A stretch of DNA of 64,000 nucleotides, taken from assembly GCA_040954595.2 (NCBI GenBank), contig CM082593.2, positions 776,759 through 840,758 on the forward strand. Reading direction: 5' to 3'. The notes beneath the pieces are model-generated. The model saw only the letters and a program-made list of their open reading frames with translations, was not told the origin of the DNA and ran no database searches. This document shows positions 14,101-26,766 of the stretch, one piece after another (positions within the stretch are counted from its first letter, which is position 1; every line of letters starts with the position of its first letter). Both the position numbers and the translations under genes were made by a program. The DNA is from Balanoglossus misakiensis (lineage: Eukaryota; Animalia; Hemichordata).

Positions 14101-16654
14101 CTGCCATATAACATGACACAAATGCACATTAATGATATTTAAACTTGAATTTGATAAGCCTCTTGTATTTCCTTTCAAGTGTTCTCAGATAAGTGTCAAT
14201 AATTGTCACATCATGCCAAAGTTAGAGCTATAAATGTTTATGATTTCATGACAAAATACATTGAATTTATTACTCATATTGAGTTCATTTCAATAAATGT
14301 TTCCTTACACTCATCGTTATGGAAAACACTCAGAAAATGGACAGTTATGAAAAGACAACAGAACTGTCCCAATTGAATCTTAATTTTGACAGTGAAATAA
14401 GAATGATAAAGCTAGGGAGTCTTTTGTGTTGATGTTTTTGTCCCATGGTATTTACAACGCAGCAGTGATGTGCCGGACATTAATTTGCTAACAAACCTCC
14501 AGCGCAAACACTTTATTATTAAATTAATTACCCTGGGTGTGAATTCTGTTCAATTAAGTTGGTGTACAGTGACATAATATTCAGCATTTTTGAAAACAAT
14601 ATTTGAAACGAAACCTTCTAAACCAGCTGCCACACTTGAAATATCAACTAGTAGGATCTCCTACTCGGTCTAAAAACTACACTTAAAATATCAACCAAGA
14701 GTAGAGAAACTTCAGCACTTGTAATATATCAATATATTTTGACAACACAAGCAAGTCCCTGGGGTGTTCAAGTGTCTTCCGTATAATAGCATTATCCATC
14801 TCACACACACATACACTGAACTGGCTCAAACATTTCACAATACGAGATTCTCATTCCATAAGCTTATTGTGGTAAAATAAGCTTTTCAAACTCTAAAAAA
14901 ATGCTATTGTTAGTCTGTTGTCTGAACAATAGCTACCATGGTAAATGAAATAGTGATCTTTGCTCTGCTTTCATATTCTGTGACCTTGTCAATATGAATG
15001 GAAACTCGATTGTGAAATCTGCAGAATTCCTTTCAAATATGAAACACATGGACTGCGTAAAATGTATGAAAACAGGTAGTTTATCCCAAAAATCAGGGCA
15101 TGTTTCAGGTCATCCAATCTGTGCATACTGCATTCTCTTTGGGAGAAGTGCATGGTCAAACCCAGAACAGACAGACAAGTGCTGAACTACTTGTTACACT
15201 CCTGATGGATAAGACTATACACATATGGTCGATATTAAACTGCTTAATACTGAGCATTTAAATCAGGCTTTAGCAAACAGCAGTTAATATGCAAAGGGGA
15301 AGCAGTGAAAAAATAGCCAAAAGTACCAGCTTAAAATTAAGCTTCCATATGTTCTTTACATAATTCATAGCAGTCTGGGTATAGCTGTGTCAATCATGAA
15401 TAATTATCATATTCGGGCTGAATCTGAACTGCTTGCTATGAACAATTTTACAATAATTTCCATCTGTCCATCACTGTAATGTTTCTGCTCTAAAACATAA
15501 AATTGATCAGGTTTATTTGTAGGTTTTCACCCGAGTGCACTATAACACTAAGCCTTGCAATTAGGCTACTGTGTTACGCATAAAACAGAAAAACTACAAC
15601 TGTGGTTGCAAACACAGTTCTTCCTGAAAAACAATATGGCCACTGTTGCCAGGTAACATGCAACATCATGTAAAAGGTACAGTCATTTGGGGTTCGAAAT
15701 GTAAAGTCTGTTACTATGGCCATCAATCATTTGTTTTACTATGTGCTACATTTAACAGATTGCCACGCATTATCTCAACTGAATTGGAGTAGAGCAGATT
15801 ATAATAACGATGCAATACAACTAAAAACACTGCACAGATGTGAGCATTTATATGCATCAGAATCTAAACCCTGCGTAGGATGATATGCTACAGTACAACC
15901 AAAATACGGAGGTGCATCATGTGGTCACACTCAGAAACATCACTTGTTTCATATGTACCCTTTAGAATATGGTTATAAACCAGTAATACACTGGACAGAA
16001 AGCAGCAAAAAATAATTTTAGTATATATAATATATCATCAATTTAAAAAAAAATCAAAATACAGAGATTATGAGTGTAAAGTAGAATTGTTTATTCATAA
16101 ACACAAACCAGACATACGCATATCCTACTACAAGTTGCACATCTCATCAATCAGAAATAATAATGAGATAATATTAATTATCATAATTCAGAATAAACAA
16201 GTACCAGTAAGAATATTTGTAAATTTCATGAATTATAAATCTTTCTTTCAGTTATCGCTGCTATATTTTTTTCTTGACATCAAAACCGATGAAGGGAAGC
16301 ATTGCAATTATTAGATGAGCAAAACAGCATTTTGAACGCTATAGACTCGCTTGATGAACCCAGCTTGAGGTAAATATTTTAATAAGCCACTGCCTTTTAC
16401 ATGGCTTCAATGGTTTCAATGCAAATGCAAACAAGCTCGCAATAGCACCATTCATAAAATATCTACCATCATTAAGTAACTGGCTGGTTGCTATGACTAC
16501 CATAACGACATTGCCACAGTGACTACAGTCAACATATGCTCTGCACAGAATATTGGATGTTGTTTGAGCCATACGAATATCTATTGAATGAGTCCAAAAA
16601 AATTAGAGAAATTGATGAAATTGAGGGAGAATTGAAATGATGAATTTCACATAC

Positions 16655-16778
16655 CTGAATGAAGACAGCTAACGAAGACTTTCACCATACGAGATGGTAG
16701 ATGTGGTAACACAGAAACCCTTCCCGAATACACATCTTCCATGATCGTCGAGTAATTATGCATTTTTTTATCTCCCAT
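16655..16778 (-). CDS. NWD1/2-like: NWD1/NWD2-like protein, first coding segment (whole exon 16918-16655 including 5'UTR)
   Basis: ACCATGG Kozak context with an in-frame TGA five codons upstream; encodes MGDKKMHNYSTIMEDVYSGRVSVLPHLPSRMVKVFVSCLHS, resembling the recalled NWD 'SG..LP..S+.VRVF.S' start; donor CAG|gtatgt; upstream acceptor ttttctccctgttgtggcag| at 16919. Confidence 0.85.
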
Positions 16779-19700
16779 GGTTGATCTGGATCAGCGCTGA
16801 TGACACACAAACTTAGTCCAATACAGGATAAATTATTCACGTCTCTTTTTTCTGGTGATTAATCCACTGTATAAACGATAAACCTTGTTTCGCCGTCACC
16901 ATTTATAAACGCAGAAATCTGCCACAACAGGGAGAAAATATAGAGATACAGATAAAATGACGAATATTAAATGTTAAAAAATAGAGTGAACACTGTGATC
17001 CCACTTAATCATAATTGCTATGTTCAAGTGCAACATATAAATCATCACAAGCAGATCGTCATGGTGACACCTAGGACACTGCAAACCACATTTCAAAGTA
17101 ATTGGACAAGCAATTTTTAGGAAATACAGTGGCTGACTATAAATGGCCTTGTGGTATTTTCACCATACATTTTGCACAAATCTGAAAAGGTCCCATTTCT
17201 GTCCTCTGACCAGTAGTTCATGAGTTTCGGAGTTTTCTCAATTTCATGGTCAATAATTCTGTAAACATTTGATATAACATACTATCTGAATCCAGGAATT
17301 ATAAGCAATTTCAACTTTAAGAATCTTTAACACAGAATGCGAATTTTTTGTGTTTTGGAAACTAGTCAATACACTGTTTAAAGAGCACTTTATTCTTCAC
17401 ACATTTAATTTGGACAAATCGATCGCTGTTTTGACTCTGTACACAGCTACGACCTCCAGCTGCAGTAAGATGATATTGAAAATTTGTCTTTTGATGCGGA
17501 TAGATTTCTGCTTTTTACACTGATGTGTTCAAACCATACAAGATTTGAGTCTCATATTTCTCGTTCCCATAGGGGTTTTCCTTACATGTAGCACCTCATC
17601 CTTAATTCAGAGTAAAACAGCAATTATATCTGACCTAATTAAATTCTCAATTGAAGTCTCTAAATTAATTCAGGCTAGAAAAATAAGACATTTCACACTA
17701 ATCAATGGATGTGAATGATGAGAAATATTGAAATACATTATTATTAAGTCTGTTTTGAAATCAAGCAATTAATTAGGGAAAAAATGACAATTTGCAATAT
17801 GACCGCTGTGGATGAATATCGGCCAATGTAAACAGAAGCAGTAGGTAGTGTTAAATGATATTAATTATTTCATTACAAGGTTTATCCAGTTCTGACGCAT
17901 GACGTGGCTGGCACAATCAGATGTGACTGATCCAACAGGTTTTAGTAATTTTGAGGCAGCTAGCTTTATCACTGACCTGAGATGTGATTTACCACGATGA
18001 AACAATCGCCTCTTGTCCCTGCATAGCTCAGTTCAAAGATACTCATGTCCTGTATTGTAAGTGTTGTTCTTGATTCGCCTCGTTGGTCGATACGAGATAT
18101 TATGGCGGAATCAGCAATGGTTTCTTTCTTGTTTTTCCTCTGGTGATTTCACTGGATGTTCAGAGGAGATGGAATGAACATCCTGATCAGTTGATGTGAT
18201 CCGGGGTATCCTAGAAAGACTTGTGAATCTGGAAAGAGTGCTTCTGCAGCCTCATTATGTTTTGCCACTCCAGGGCTCGACGCACACACCACGTTCGGTT
18301 GCTATGATGGGGGAGGAAACGTGAATCAGAAGGATTCCCGATCACCACAAATCTGTCTCGCACTCACTGCCTCACATTGAAAGCATTCTGAATGAATACA
18401 TTAGCTGCAGTGAGTCGTTAGCTGCATGGAAACAGCGCGAACACATGCAAATTGCCGCTGGAATAAAACCTGGATCATTCCATTCCACTGAAGGATACTA
18501 CGAAGTATGATACGCTATATTTAAATGCAAAATTATGATATGAATTTGAGAAATTCTATATTAGAAACAATTACAGTAACAATAAGTAATGAGCAATTCA
18601 TGAGAAGAATCTTTTAAAAATAGATTTTAATCAGGATATAAAAGAAAACGGTTAAATTGTATGAAATCAATCATTTTCAGTGTTCGTAATTTTGATAGAT
18701 CATACCATTTCTGAAGAGGGGGTATAACATCCAGCCAGTATTTCATGATGAAGCATATTTGAACAGAAAAGCTAATAATACTGTCTGAAAAGGAAAAAAC
18801 AACATTTAAAGTCTTGTGGTTAATATCCATGCAAACTTAACTGTCAAAGTCTTGTAAATATTTTAAATGTGTCAAACACAGAAAATAAGTATATGGAATT
18901 TAGTTAGGGTTTATAATGCATTTATAAAAAAAATGTTATAAAAAATGGTGGTGAAAGGGTTAAATAAGTCACACTTCATTTAATACATTTTAATTCTTTT
19001 TCATCATGACAACTGGAAGTTCAATTTGTTGTTTGCACTCATCATCACCCACCAAAATCTTGCTCTTTGAAAAAAAGACTGTAGTCGAGTCTATGCATGA
19101 CCTGTGTGAGCGGATGATGGTCTGCAATCAGACTGCAATATGATGCTCTTTATTCTCAAAATTAACATATCACTCAAGATATCTGTTCTGCTTTTTTACT
19201 GAGTGTAACTGATATGATATAAAATGAGAAATCATTAAGTTACCAAATTTCCTAATTTAGTTCAATCATTAATTTTATTGCCAGTCTCTCTGAGCCAACT
19301 ATTATTTTTCCAGTCTCCTTGACCAGTCAATGAACCATTTCAGAAACAATCTGTTCTGTCTGAGGTAGCTTTCTGTTAATTACAAGATGAGACATGTGAA
19401 ACATGAAAGCTTAGAAACATTGAAGCAAATCATGATAGTGAATCTCATTTTGCCATTATACCATGAACGTTATGGTTCAATAAAGCACAAGTTTGAAGTT
19501 AATTTACTACAAAAAACAACAACAAAAAATATCAATTTGATCATGATATGAGCATTATGACTAAAACTTCATATGAAAGCATTGCAATTAAAATTACCTG
19601 CATTCATAACTTCCTTACAAAAGATTCCACGTAATTGACACCTGCCATTGCATTACAAATGGAGTTTCTTTTCAAATGTTTAACTCTTCAGTTGGAAGAT

Positions 19701-22700
19701 TGCATTAATTTCCACACTTATAAGCAAATGCCAATAAGTCAGACGGACAGACAGGCAGGCAGTTAGTTGGGATGCATTTAAATCAACGCTGTGTAACTAG
19801 CACGACATTTAACAAGCCCGTAAAATGAAACCTTATTTTCCAAATCTCCTGTGTAACAAGAGAGATTTAATTCAAGCCACGAAAACTTAATTGTCAGTCT
19901 TGTCAGCGCAACTCATGATGGAACAGTCCTTTGTCAGAGAGAAAACTTCAAACATCGTAATGCAGTGTATGCAACACTGTTGCCTAGAGACCACTGAATC
20001 AGTACATTGACGAGGTAAAATAGACTACACAAACTGACAATTGCAAGAAAATATCACACATCCCGCTATATTAGTATTTTAATTTTGACAGACTTTATCA
20101 GATGAAAACCAATTACTGGGCGTCCACATTAATGTATAGAGGTCTCTCATCCTGTCAGTTTTCTTTACAAAATACGATGATGGAAGACGTCGACAATTTT
20201 CTGGGGACTTCACAAACCTGGATGTTGCTAAGATGATAGATAAACTCCCATTCTGTCTCTGCAGCCTCAAATATCTTGGGGCACTCAGAGAATATGTGCA
20301 CTTTTTGACAGACAATCATCATACCATCTTTTTAACGTGAGACAAAAATAGCACAAATGCTGGAGACATATTGAATATGTACAAGTATTAATTGTCGCAA
20401 GTAATCCAAGCCACTGAATGCAGATTGATATGACATCATATGCTGAAATTGCTGCTGTGATCTCAAATCTCACTTTGTGAAAATCTTGCCAAAGTTGTGG
20501 TACAACAGGGTACGTTGTAAACAACCTCTTGGACTTTTACAGAATTAAACTGTAGTGAAATATATTGTAAAACTCAAAGGCCCACCCATGTCCTAGACAT
20601 AGCTAGAGCGAACACATGAGACCATACGGCTAAGCACAAGCCAAGGTTAGCCAAACCCTAAGCTGGCCAAGTGGATTGAAATACAATGTAACTCTATTCT
20701 TACATCAGAATAAGAATATGAGCATAGCTTAATCTGATTCCACCTTCTTAGACCCTGTCTGTGGCAAAGACTACAAGGAAATTGTTGAAGAAAGTGACTG
20801 AATGAAGTTCAGTAATCTAGAATGATTGATTGATTGATAACCTTTCTGTCAGCCCTTCTTTCTCATGTGTGTTGTGTTTCAAAGACGCATGACAGGTGAC
20901 AATATACACACAAGCTATGACCATTATTTCAAGATCCTCGCACCTGAGAAAGTCAAAAGGTAAAGGGATAACCTTGTTAGTTATAGATGCATTAAGAGCT
21001 TCTTACAAGTACTGAAGAAAAATGTCAGCTAGAGATTGCCGGGGAAAAAAGCTAAATGTTCACCACTTCCACAAACCAGGCTTGACACAGCCTTGCACGT
21101 CAAGTATCACTTAGTTGATATCTGATACGAGGGGACTGATCTTTTCAAAGCTCTTGAATGCCATCCAATTTATCCGTAACCTTTCTGTTGTAATGCTTGT
21201 AATGTATGCCTGTCGGCATGGAATGGAAACAACTACTGAAAATGTGTTGTAAACATGTTCTCGGCTGGTATTAGCTTATCCATGCTTGATCTCAGTCACA
21301 GGGATCGAGACAAATGACTTTATAAACGCCTTAAAACTGGACTGACTGTTATGAATTCAAAATTGCCTAGTTCTGATGAGATTTTTTCATCTTGAGCAAA
21401 TTGTGACCGCCTTCCTTGAAGGGATCAAATCCTGTCAGCTGTAATACCATGGCAACTGTTCAGGTGGTCACAAATGGTATTTTGTTATTACCTGTAGGCC
21501 TGATTGTCACACGACAACAGACAGCGTTTCTTTTTTCCATCAAGATGAGCGAAATCCACTCAACTTCTTCAAATGAAAAATTTGCTTCAGGGCCCTGGCT
21601 GTTCCTTGCACAAAAAACCCAGATTGCGATGAAACGTGTCAATAACTGCTGCGAGTTAGAAACGAACATTTCTTTGCAGACTACATGTATAAACCAAACA
21701 ACACAAAAATGGATCTGTTTTGACACGTTCACTGATCGAACCCCTGCAATGACTTCCATACCTGATCCAGGCACCAGGTTTTTTATTTTCCATGCACCAA
21801 CTTGACTAGGGCATGTAAACAACTACCCAATCTCTGCATTATATTCCTTGAACATTAATCAACTTCAAAATTCAATATCAACCAGCACTTTACAGTTACA
21901 CGTCTGCAGTACAATCCCTTTTCTGTCAGAGTGAGCAATGAAGCCAATTTCTACGGCAACTTGAATAAAAGATATGAATGAAGATAATTTAATAAATTTA
22001 GTCAGTTTGCTTCTATTTGATCAGAATTATTAGTATCAGTAATTGTTTTTCAAAATAGGTATTGTTATCTTCAGCAGAGTGTATTCTCTGCTTCAGCTCA
22101 TTTAGCTAAAATAAGGCCTAGCTGCCAACTAAACAGATGTTTGCACATGTGTACACAATCCAACAGTTTTCTGCTACTCTGACCTAGCTATGTACCTCTC
22201 ATATGGTATGTGTTAGTTGCCCATATATCATGTGAATAAAATGCTTCTGACAGCCTTCTTTTAATGGTACAACCTACATCTGTAAGTAACCTTGGCAACC
22301 AATTCAACAAAAATGTATGATGTATGTGTAGCAACAGACAAGGATTGGTATCATAGCAACAAACATAGAATAGGTATCACAGCAACAAATACCATGACAA
22401 CAAACATTGGTTTTGCCTCAGGGACAGGAGAAATTGGATTTATTGCTAGCAATGAATTCAATCTGTCCCTGACCTTTCAAATATATGATTTGGCGAACTC
22501 AGTAATTACAACAGGAATGAAATAGATGAAGGGAAGAGTGTGAAGAATATACTGTTATAGAACTCGTCTGATTAATGCGCTTTCGTGAATACCACTCAAC
22601 TTTGCAAGACTAGGTTTGAATAAAACCTGAAAAGCCATTCACAATCTTCAATCTCTCAACAGCCATTTTAATGGAAATTTTAGTGTACCTTATAAAGAAC

Positions 22701-22938
22701 CCATGATATTGCATACCCTCTCCGTGAGTAGAAAACTAACAAGCATGGGTTACTATGACAACATGACAACTATGCCTGAAAATTACTTCCAACCTGTTGA
22801 CAGCATAGCTACTGTGATACACACCTAAACATACCTACATCACCAGAATGAAAAATGACTAAAAATGAAGAATGACTAAAATCATTTCAATGAGACTTCC
22901 AATTTGAGGAACCATTTGTTACAGTTAACATAAAGTGG

Positions 22939-23021
22939 TTAACCGTTTCACCACCGTGGTTTGGTCCAAACCCATTGTAAATTTAGACCTCTATACAAGG
23001 AAATGGGAGAGAAAAGGTTAA
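22939..23021 (+). mobile_element. Short piggyBac-like MITE, copy 1
   Basis: TTAA-CCGTTTCACCACCGTGGTTTGGTCCAAA...GAAAAGG-TTAA; homologous to the copies at 23426 and 44587. Confidence 0.65.
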
Positions 23022-23425
23022 TGTAAAACATAAATCATTACTTCGACAAATTCCATTCAGATTGAAACCAAAACATCAAAAAGGTATTAATTAAAGTATC
23101 TCACCAGTTAGTATTAAATGTTCTGTCCTCTCTCCTAATACATTTTAATCAAAAACAAGTTCTGGTGATTTCAGAAACATGCTAATCTAAGATTTTACAT
23201 GATGACTTTGTCTATTTCATATGCCATATCCCTGTAAATAATATGTATCCCATATTTTCTATTATATTGACCTATGCATTACACCATAAAAATATCCTGT
23301 CAATTTTTAATTTTTACATTGGAACATTTTCTGATATTGCTCACAATTAATCAGATTTATTCAATGTCTGGCTCATAAATCAAAAACTATTTCTGTTCCT
23401 CACCTGTGTTGATGTTTATGTCAGC

Positions 23426-23517
23426 TTATCCTTTCACCACCATGGTTTGGTCCAAATCCATTATTTTCTATGGTAAATCTGGACCTCTATACAGGGTAAT
23501 AGGGATGGAAGGGTTAA
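23426..23517 (+). mobile_element. Short piggyBac-like MITE, copy 2
   Basis: TTAT-CCTTTCACCACCATGGTTTGGTCCAAATCCATT...GGAAGGG-TTAA. Confidence 0.65.
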
Positions 23518-23525
23518 ATCCTCAC

Positions 23526-23624
23526 CAGTGGTACTTTTTTTCTCATCAGCAGTCTCCTCCCTGCATCACCATCAATGCAGATTCAGTATTGTCTTCATCC
23601 TGCTGCCTCACATTGCCATGGCAA
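23526..23624 (-). other. Putative non-coding leader exon 3
   Basis: Acceptor ttttatgtttataag|, donor CTG|gtgag; purine-rich exon-like composition on the minus strand; stop codons in all three frames. Confidence 0.5.
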
Positions 23625-23972
23625 CTTATAAACATAAAAAAGTTCACATGTATTAGTGAAAATGATAAACAAAATACATCTAGAGAATTCTGGCTCATCT
23701 TTTGAAGCAAAGAAATGTTACAATGGACACTGTATTTTAAGAATTTTAGAGATATTTATTCACAAAAGGATAAAAGATAAAGGATAAAATTCTCCAACTG
23801 CATAAAAAGTTTGATAAAAGATAAAAAAATCAACAAAATGAATCACAAACGTTAAGTCAACTAAAGTTAGAGCTGTCGCTTGAGGGCGACCTATCATTAC
23901 CATGGTTACATGACTATGACGGGTGACTGTATATGTAACATGTGTAAGGTCATTGAGGCCGCTCAGTTTTAC

Positions 23973-24051
23973 CTTTTTATGCATCCAACTCAAAAACTGC
24001 TTATCCCCAGCTGGGGCATGACCTCCTGCGCATTATCACCATCTTTTCTGT
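23973..24051 (-). other. Putative non-coding leader exon 2
   Basis: Acceptor tttttgtgtcgttttccaaag| (alternative cag 4 nt downstream), donor AAG|gtaaaa; stop codons in all three frames. Confidence 0.5.
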
Positions 24052-24451
24052 CTTTGGAAAACGACACAAAAAGTGATATGAGTCGCGTTTGTGACGATTG
24101 ACCAAAGCATATATGACCAAAGCAGTACACACCCGCCACTCGCGCGAAATTTAAAATTAAAAAACACACGAACGTCACCAATTGTTGTCAGTCGAGAAAT
24201 GGTCAGTTTCCTCTTTTATCATGATAATCGCTTGGTGGTTTCATTAAACTTTTGTTCGAACAATCGCCACCAAGGTAACTTACATGTTAAAACAACACAC
24301 ATTTCACCGTTCACGAACGATACGCGATGAACACAGAGCTGAGCCTGAGAGGACAGAGTGAGAAAATATGTAGAAAATCCTCTTTTCGTCCATGCATGCG
24401 TTCAAAATTGGACGACAGTCAATAAAATCGCTCGCGAAACATTTTTCTTAC

Positions 24452-24520
24452 CATATTTCGAAATCATACAACTCGTAGTCGGTTGCAGAACCCAATGTGC
24501 GTCGCCATCTTTAGATGATG
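24452..24520 (-). other. Putative first non-coding exon of the minus-strand (NWD-like) transcript
   Basis: CpG-rich; YY1-type AAGATGGCG at 24510-24502; strong donor ATG|gtaag at 24451. The 5' boundary is approximate. Confidence 0.6.
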
Positions 24521-25110
24521 TTTATCAACATGTAATGCATTGTGGGTATCCTCTTTTCCTCATACGTCATTCGCATCACCATCAATTTGCTTGGGAGATC
24601 ACTGCGGGACTTCCCCAAAATATAGAATTACTGTAGGGATGGGTTCTCTGTTATACAATAGGACTTGGTTCTATGCAGATATATAGTTTTCGGGTTCAAT
24701 GAAAGTATTGTATCTGTTTTGTTTCCATGAGTGCGTAAAATTGGACGGAGCAATGTGGATGCAATGTTGATGCAGTGATTGACACTATATAACTGACTTG
24801 TTGGCGTTATTATCACAAATCTGGGTAAATCCAACTTTATTATGATCTGTTCCCATTTACTGTACCCAGTTACGTGTTTTTATTTCAAAGACGCTTTATG
24901 ACCACTTTTGGCCGAAACTGCTCGTTACGTGTAGGTAATGCGGTGTAACTAACTTTTCTGTCAGATGATATCATCTTCGTGTTGGACAATTAATCTTGTA
25001 AACGTGACGTGAGCATTCTAAATATCCCCACCTGACGACCGGCGTATGTAAATTATGACGGTTCTTAACTCGGTGACTAGTACTGCTAGACTTTATCAAA
25101 GGTCGTCCCG
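24520..25110. promoter_or_regulatory. Putative bidirectional promoter between the NWD-like (-) and CYSTM-like (+) loci
   Basis: About 600 bp CpG-rich interval between divergently oriented donor-terminated exons; contains GGGACTTCCC (kB consensus, 24606-24615) and several ACGT-core bZIP/CRE-like sites (near 24563, 24871, 24926, 25002). Confidence 0.6.
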
Positions 25111-25206
25111 GGACAAAGTCTGTTGAGATAGCCACCGTCGCCGTCTCGCCTCCATCACTCCTGCTTCGTAATCCGAGATCCGAGTTCTGTATACCAACAA
25201 CATCAG
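25110..25206 (+). other. Putative non-coding leader exon of the CYSTM-like locus
   Basis: GC/CpG-rich segment without ATG, ending in donor CAG|gtaatt at 25206/25207. The 5' boundary is approximate. Confidence 0.6.
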
Positions 25207-26126
25207 GTAATTGCTTTGCCCGTCATCTTCACTTCGAAATCGGCGTTTAGTATTGTGTTTGTGAGTGAGATATGTGAGAGGTTGTGAAAAAACGATTCTC
25301 TGTTATCGTCAAATTCCGTCGAATATTAGTTTTAATTGATAACTAACTATACAGAAAATGGCGCTTCCAAACGCCTGCGTCATGGCTGTTTGATAACGAA
25401 GACAGAAGTCGATCTGTTCAGCATATACGTTTACTTGTATCTGAAATTGAATTTGAAAACCCGAAAATCCTGCTATTTTATTTATGAAAGTATTAAGTTT
25501 GTAAAATATTCTCTACGTATAGTGATGTTGTTGGGGTATTGGTAGTTAGGAATGGAATTAAATAATTCCTTCCAAGGGTTTTATATATTTCTGTTGCCAA
25601 TATCAATTAAAGACAAGGACGGTCTAGCCTTTTTTCACGAAGAGAGAAAAATGCGGTTTTTTTGTCAGCACACTGTTCCTCATGCCACCAACTGCAAATA
25701 TTTCCATCGAAGAAGATCCGTGATGTAAAGAAAACATTAATGATGAGCTGATTAATAATTGACATCAATAAACTGATAATATTATACGAAATGAAAACAC
25801 ACTCTTAGTAACAACCTGGCCGATATTTCAAGCCATCGTATGGTGTCACAGGGTAAACGTGAATGCGAACTGACCCGCTAAATATTTTCTAGCACATATC
25901 GCGATTATCTTCATCGGCCATCATTGATTTGGAAGACAGGCGTCTACCACACTCCCTCTGGGAAGATAATTCTCTACTGGGTTTGAATTGGAGGAAGTTC
26001 GCGATCTGATCATGACACTACCAGTCACTACTCACTGAGTCATCGATCACAGTTCAACATTTCTACACGCACTTCAAATACATACATACGTATTTCATAT
26101 AGGGGCCTAGAATAAATATTCACCTA

Positions 26127-26201
26127 AGTCTAAAATCTATACGTCGTATTAGAATAGCAGAAGAGAGCGAGAGCCCCGATACGACGTCTAGATTATAGAC
26201 T
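26127..26201. repeat. 75-bp foldback element in the CYSTM leader intron
   Basis: 23-nt arms AGTCTAAAATCTATACGTCGTAT and ATACGACGTCTAGATTATAGACT (2 mismatches) around a 29-nt spacer. Confidence 0.8.
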
Positions 26202-26529
26202 AATTTCCTCGATAATGTTCCATCATTCTGTCGCACTTTAAAAAAAATCAAGAAGTCAACTGCTCTTCATCGAGCCCACATCTCCTTTCTGCTTGGTGTC
26301 TATACTCTTCTCCTTCTTAGATAACTTTAACCCATTTTCCTTTGCCATGCTTCTATCAGTCTTTTGCATTAACATACCATCTTTCGCTCAGTTTTGCTTC
26401 AGTTTGTAATGTGTTTACTCCAGTGGTCTCATCGGTCTCTCCATTCTTCTATGACGCCATCTGCACATCTCTCTATGCATGCTAGCTGTTATCTATTCTT
26501 TCTGTCTTTCTTTAGATTAAAACGCAAAA

Positions 26530-26766
26530 ATGGCAGATCCAGGTTACCAACAAGCACCGCCACCGCCCTACAACGCCGCTTACCCTCCACCCCCACAAGG
26601 AGGTTATGCACCCCCGCCCCAGGGTTACCCACCCCCACCCCAGGGAGGGTACTATCCCCAACCGAACTATGGTGTCATGTATGCGCCGCAGCAACACCCG
26701 CCCCCACCGACCACTGTTGTCATCGATCGAACAGCGGAACAGGACGAGCAATTACGTAAAGCTGAG
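26530..26766 (+). CDS. CYSTM1-like: CYSTM-like protein A, coding exon 1 (Pro/Gln/Tyr/Gly-rich region)
   Basis: Acceptor ttctttctgtctttctttag| at 26515; AAAATGG start; MADPGYQQAPPPPYNAAYPPPPQGGY...TTVVIDRTAEQDEQLRKAE; donor GAG|gtaatt, phase 0. Confidence 0.9.

Noticed and set aside
23627-24449. Possible snoRNA-host arrangement suggested by short non-coding exons
   Set aside because: No convincing box C/D or H/ACA motif pair seen in these introns; an Rfam/Infernal scan would settle it.
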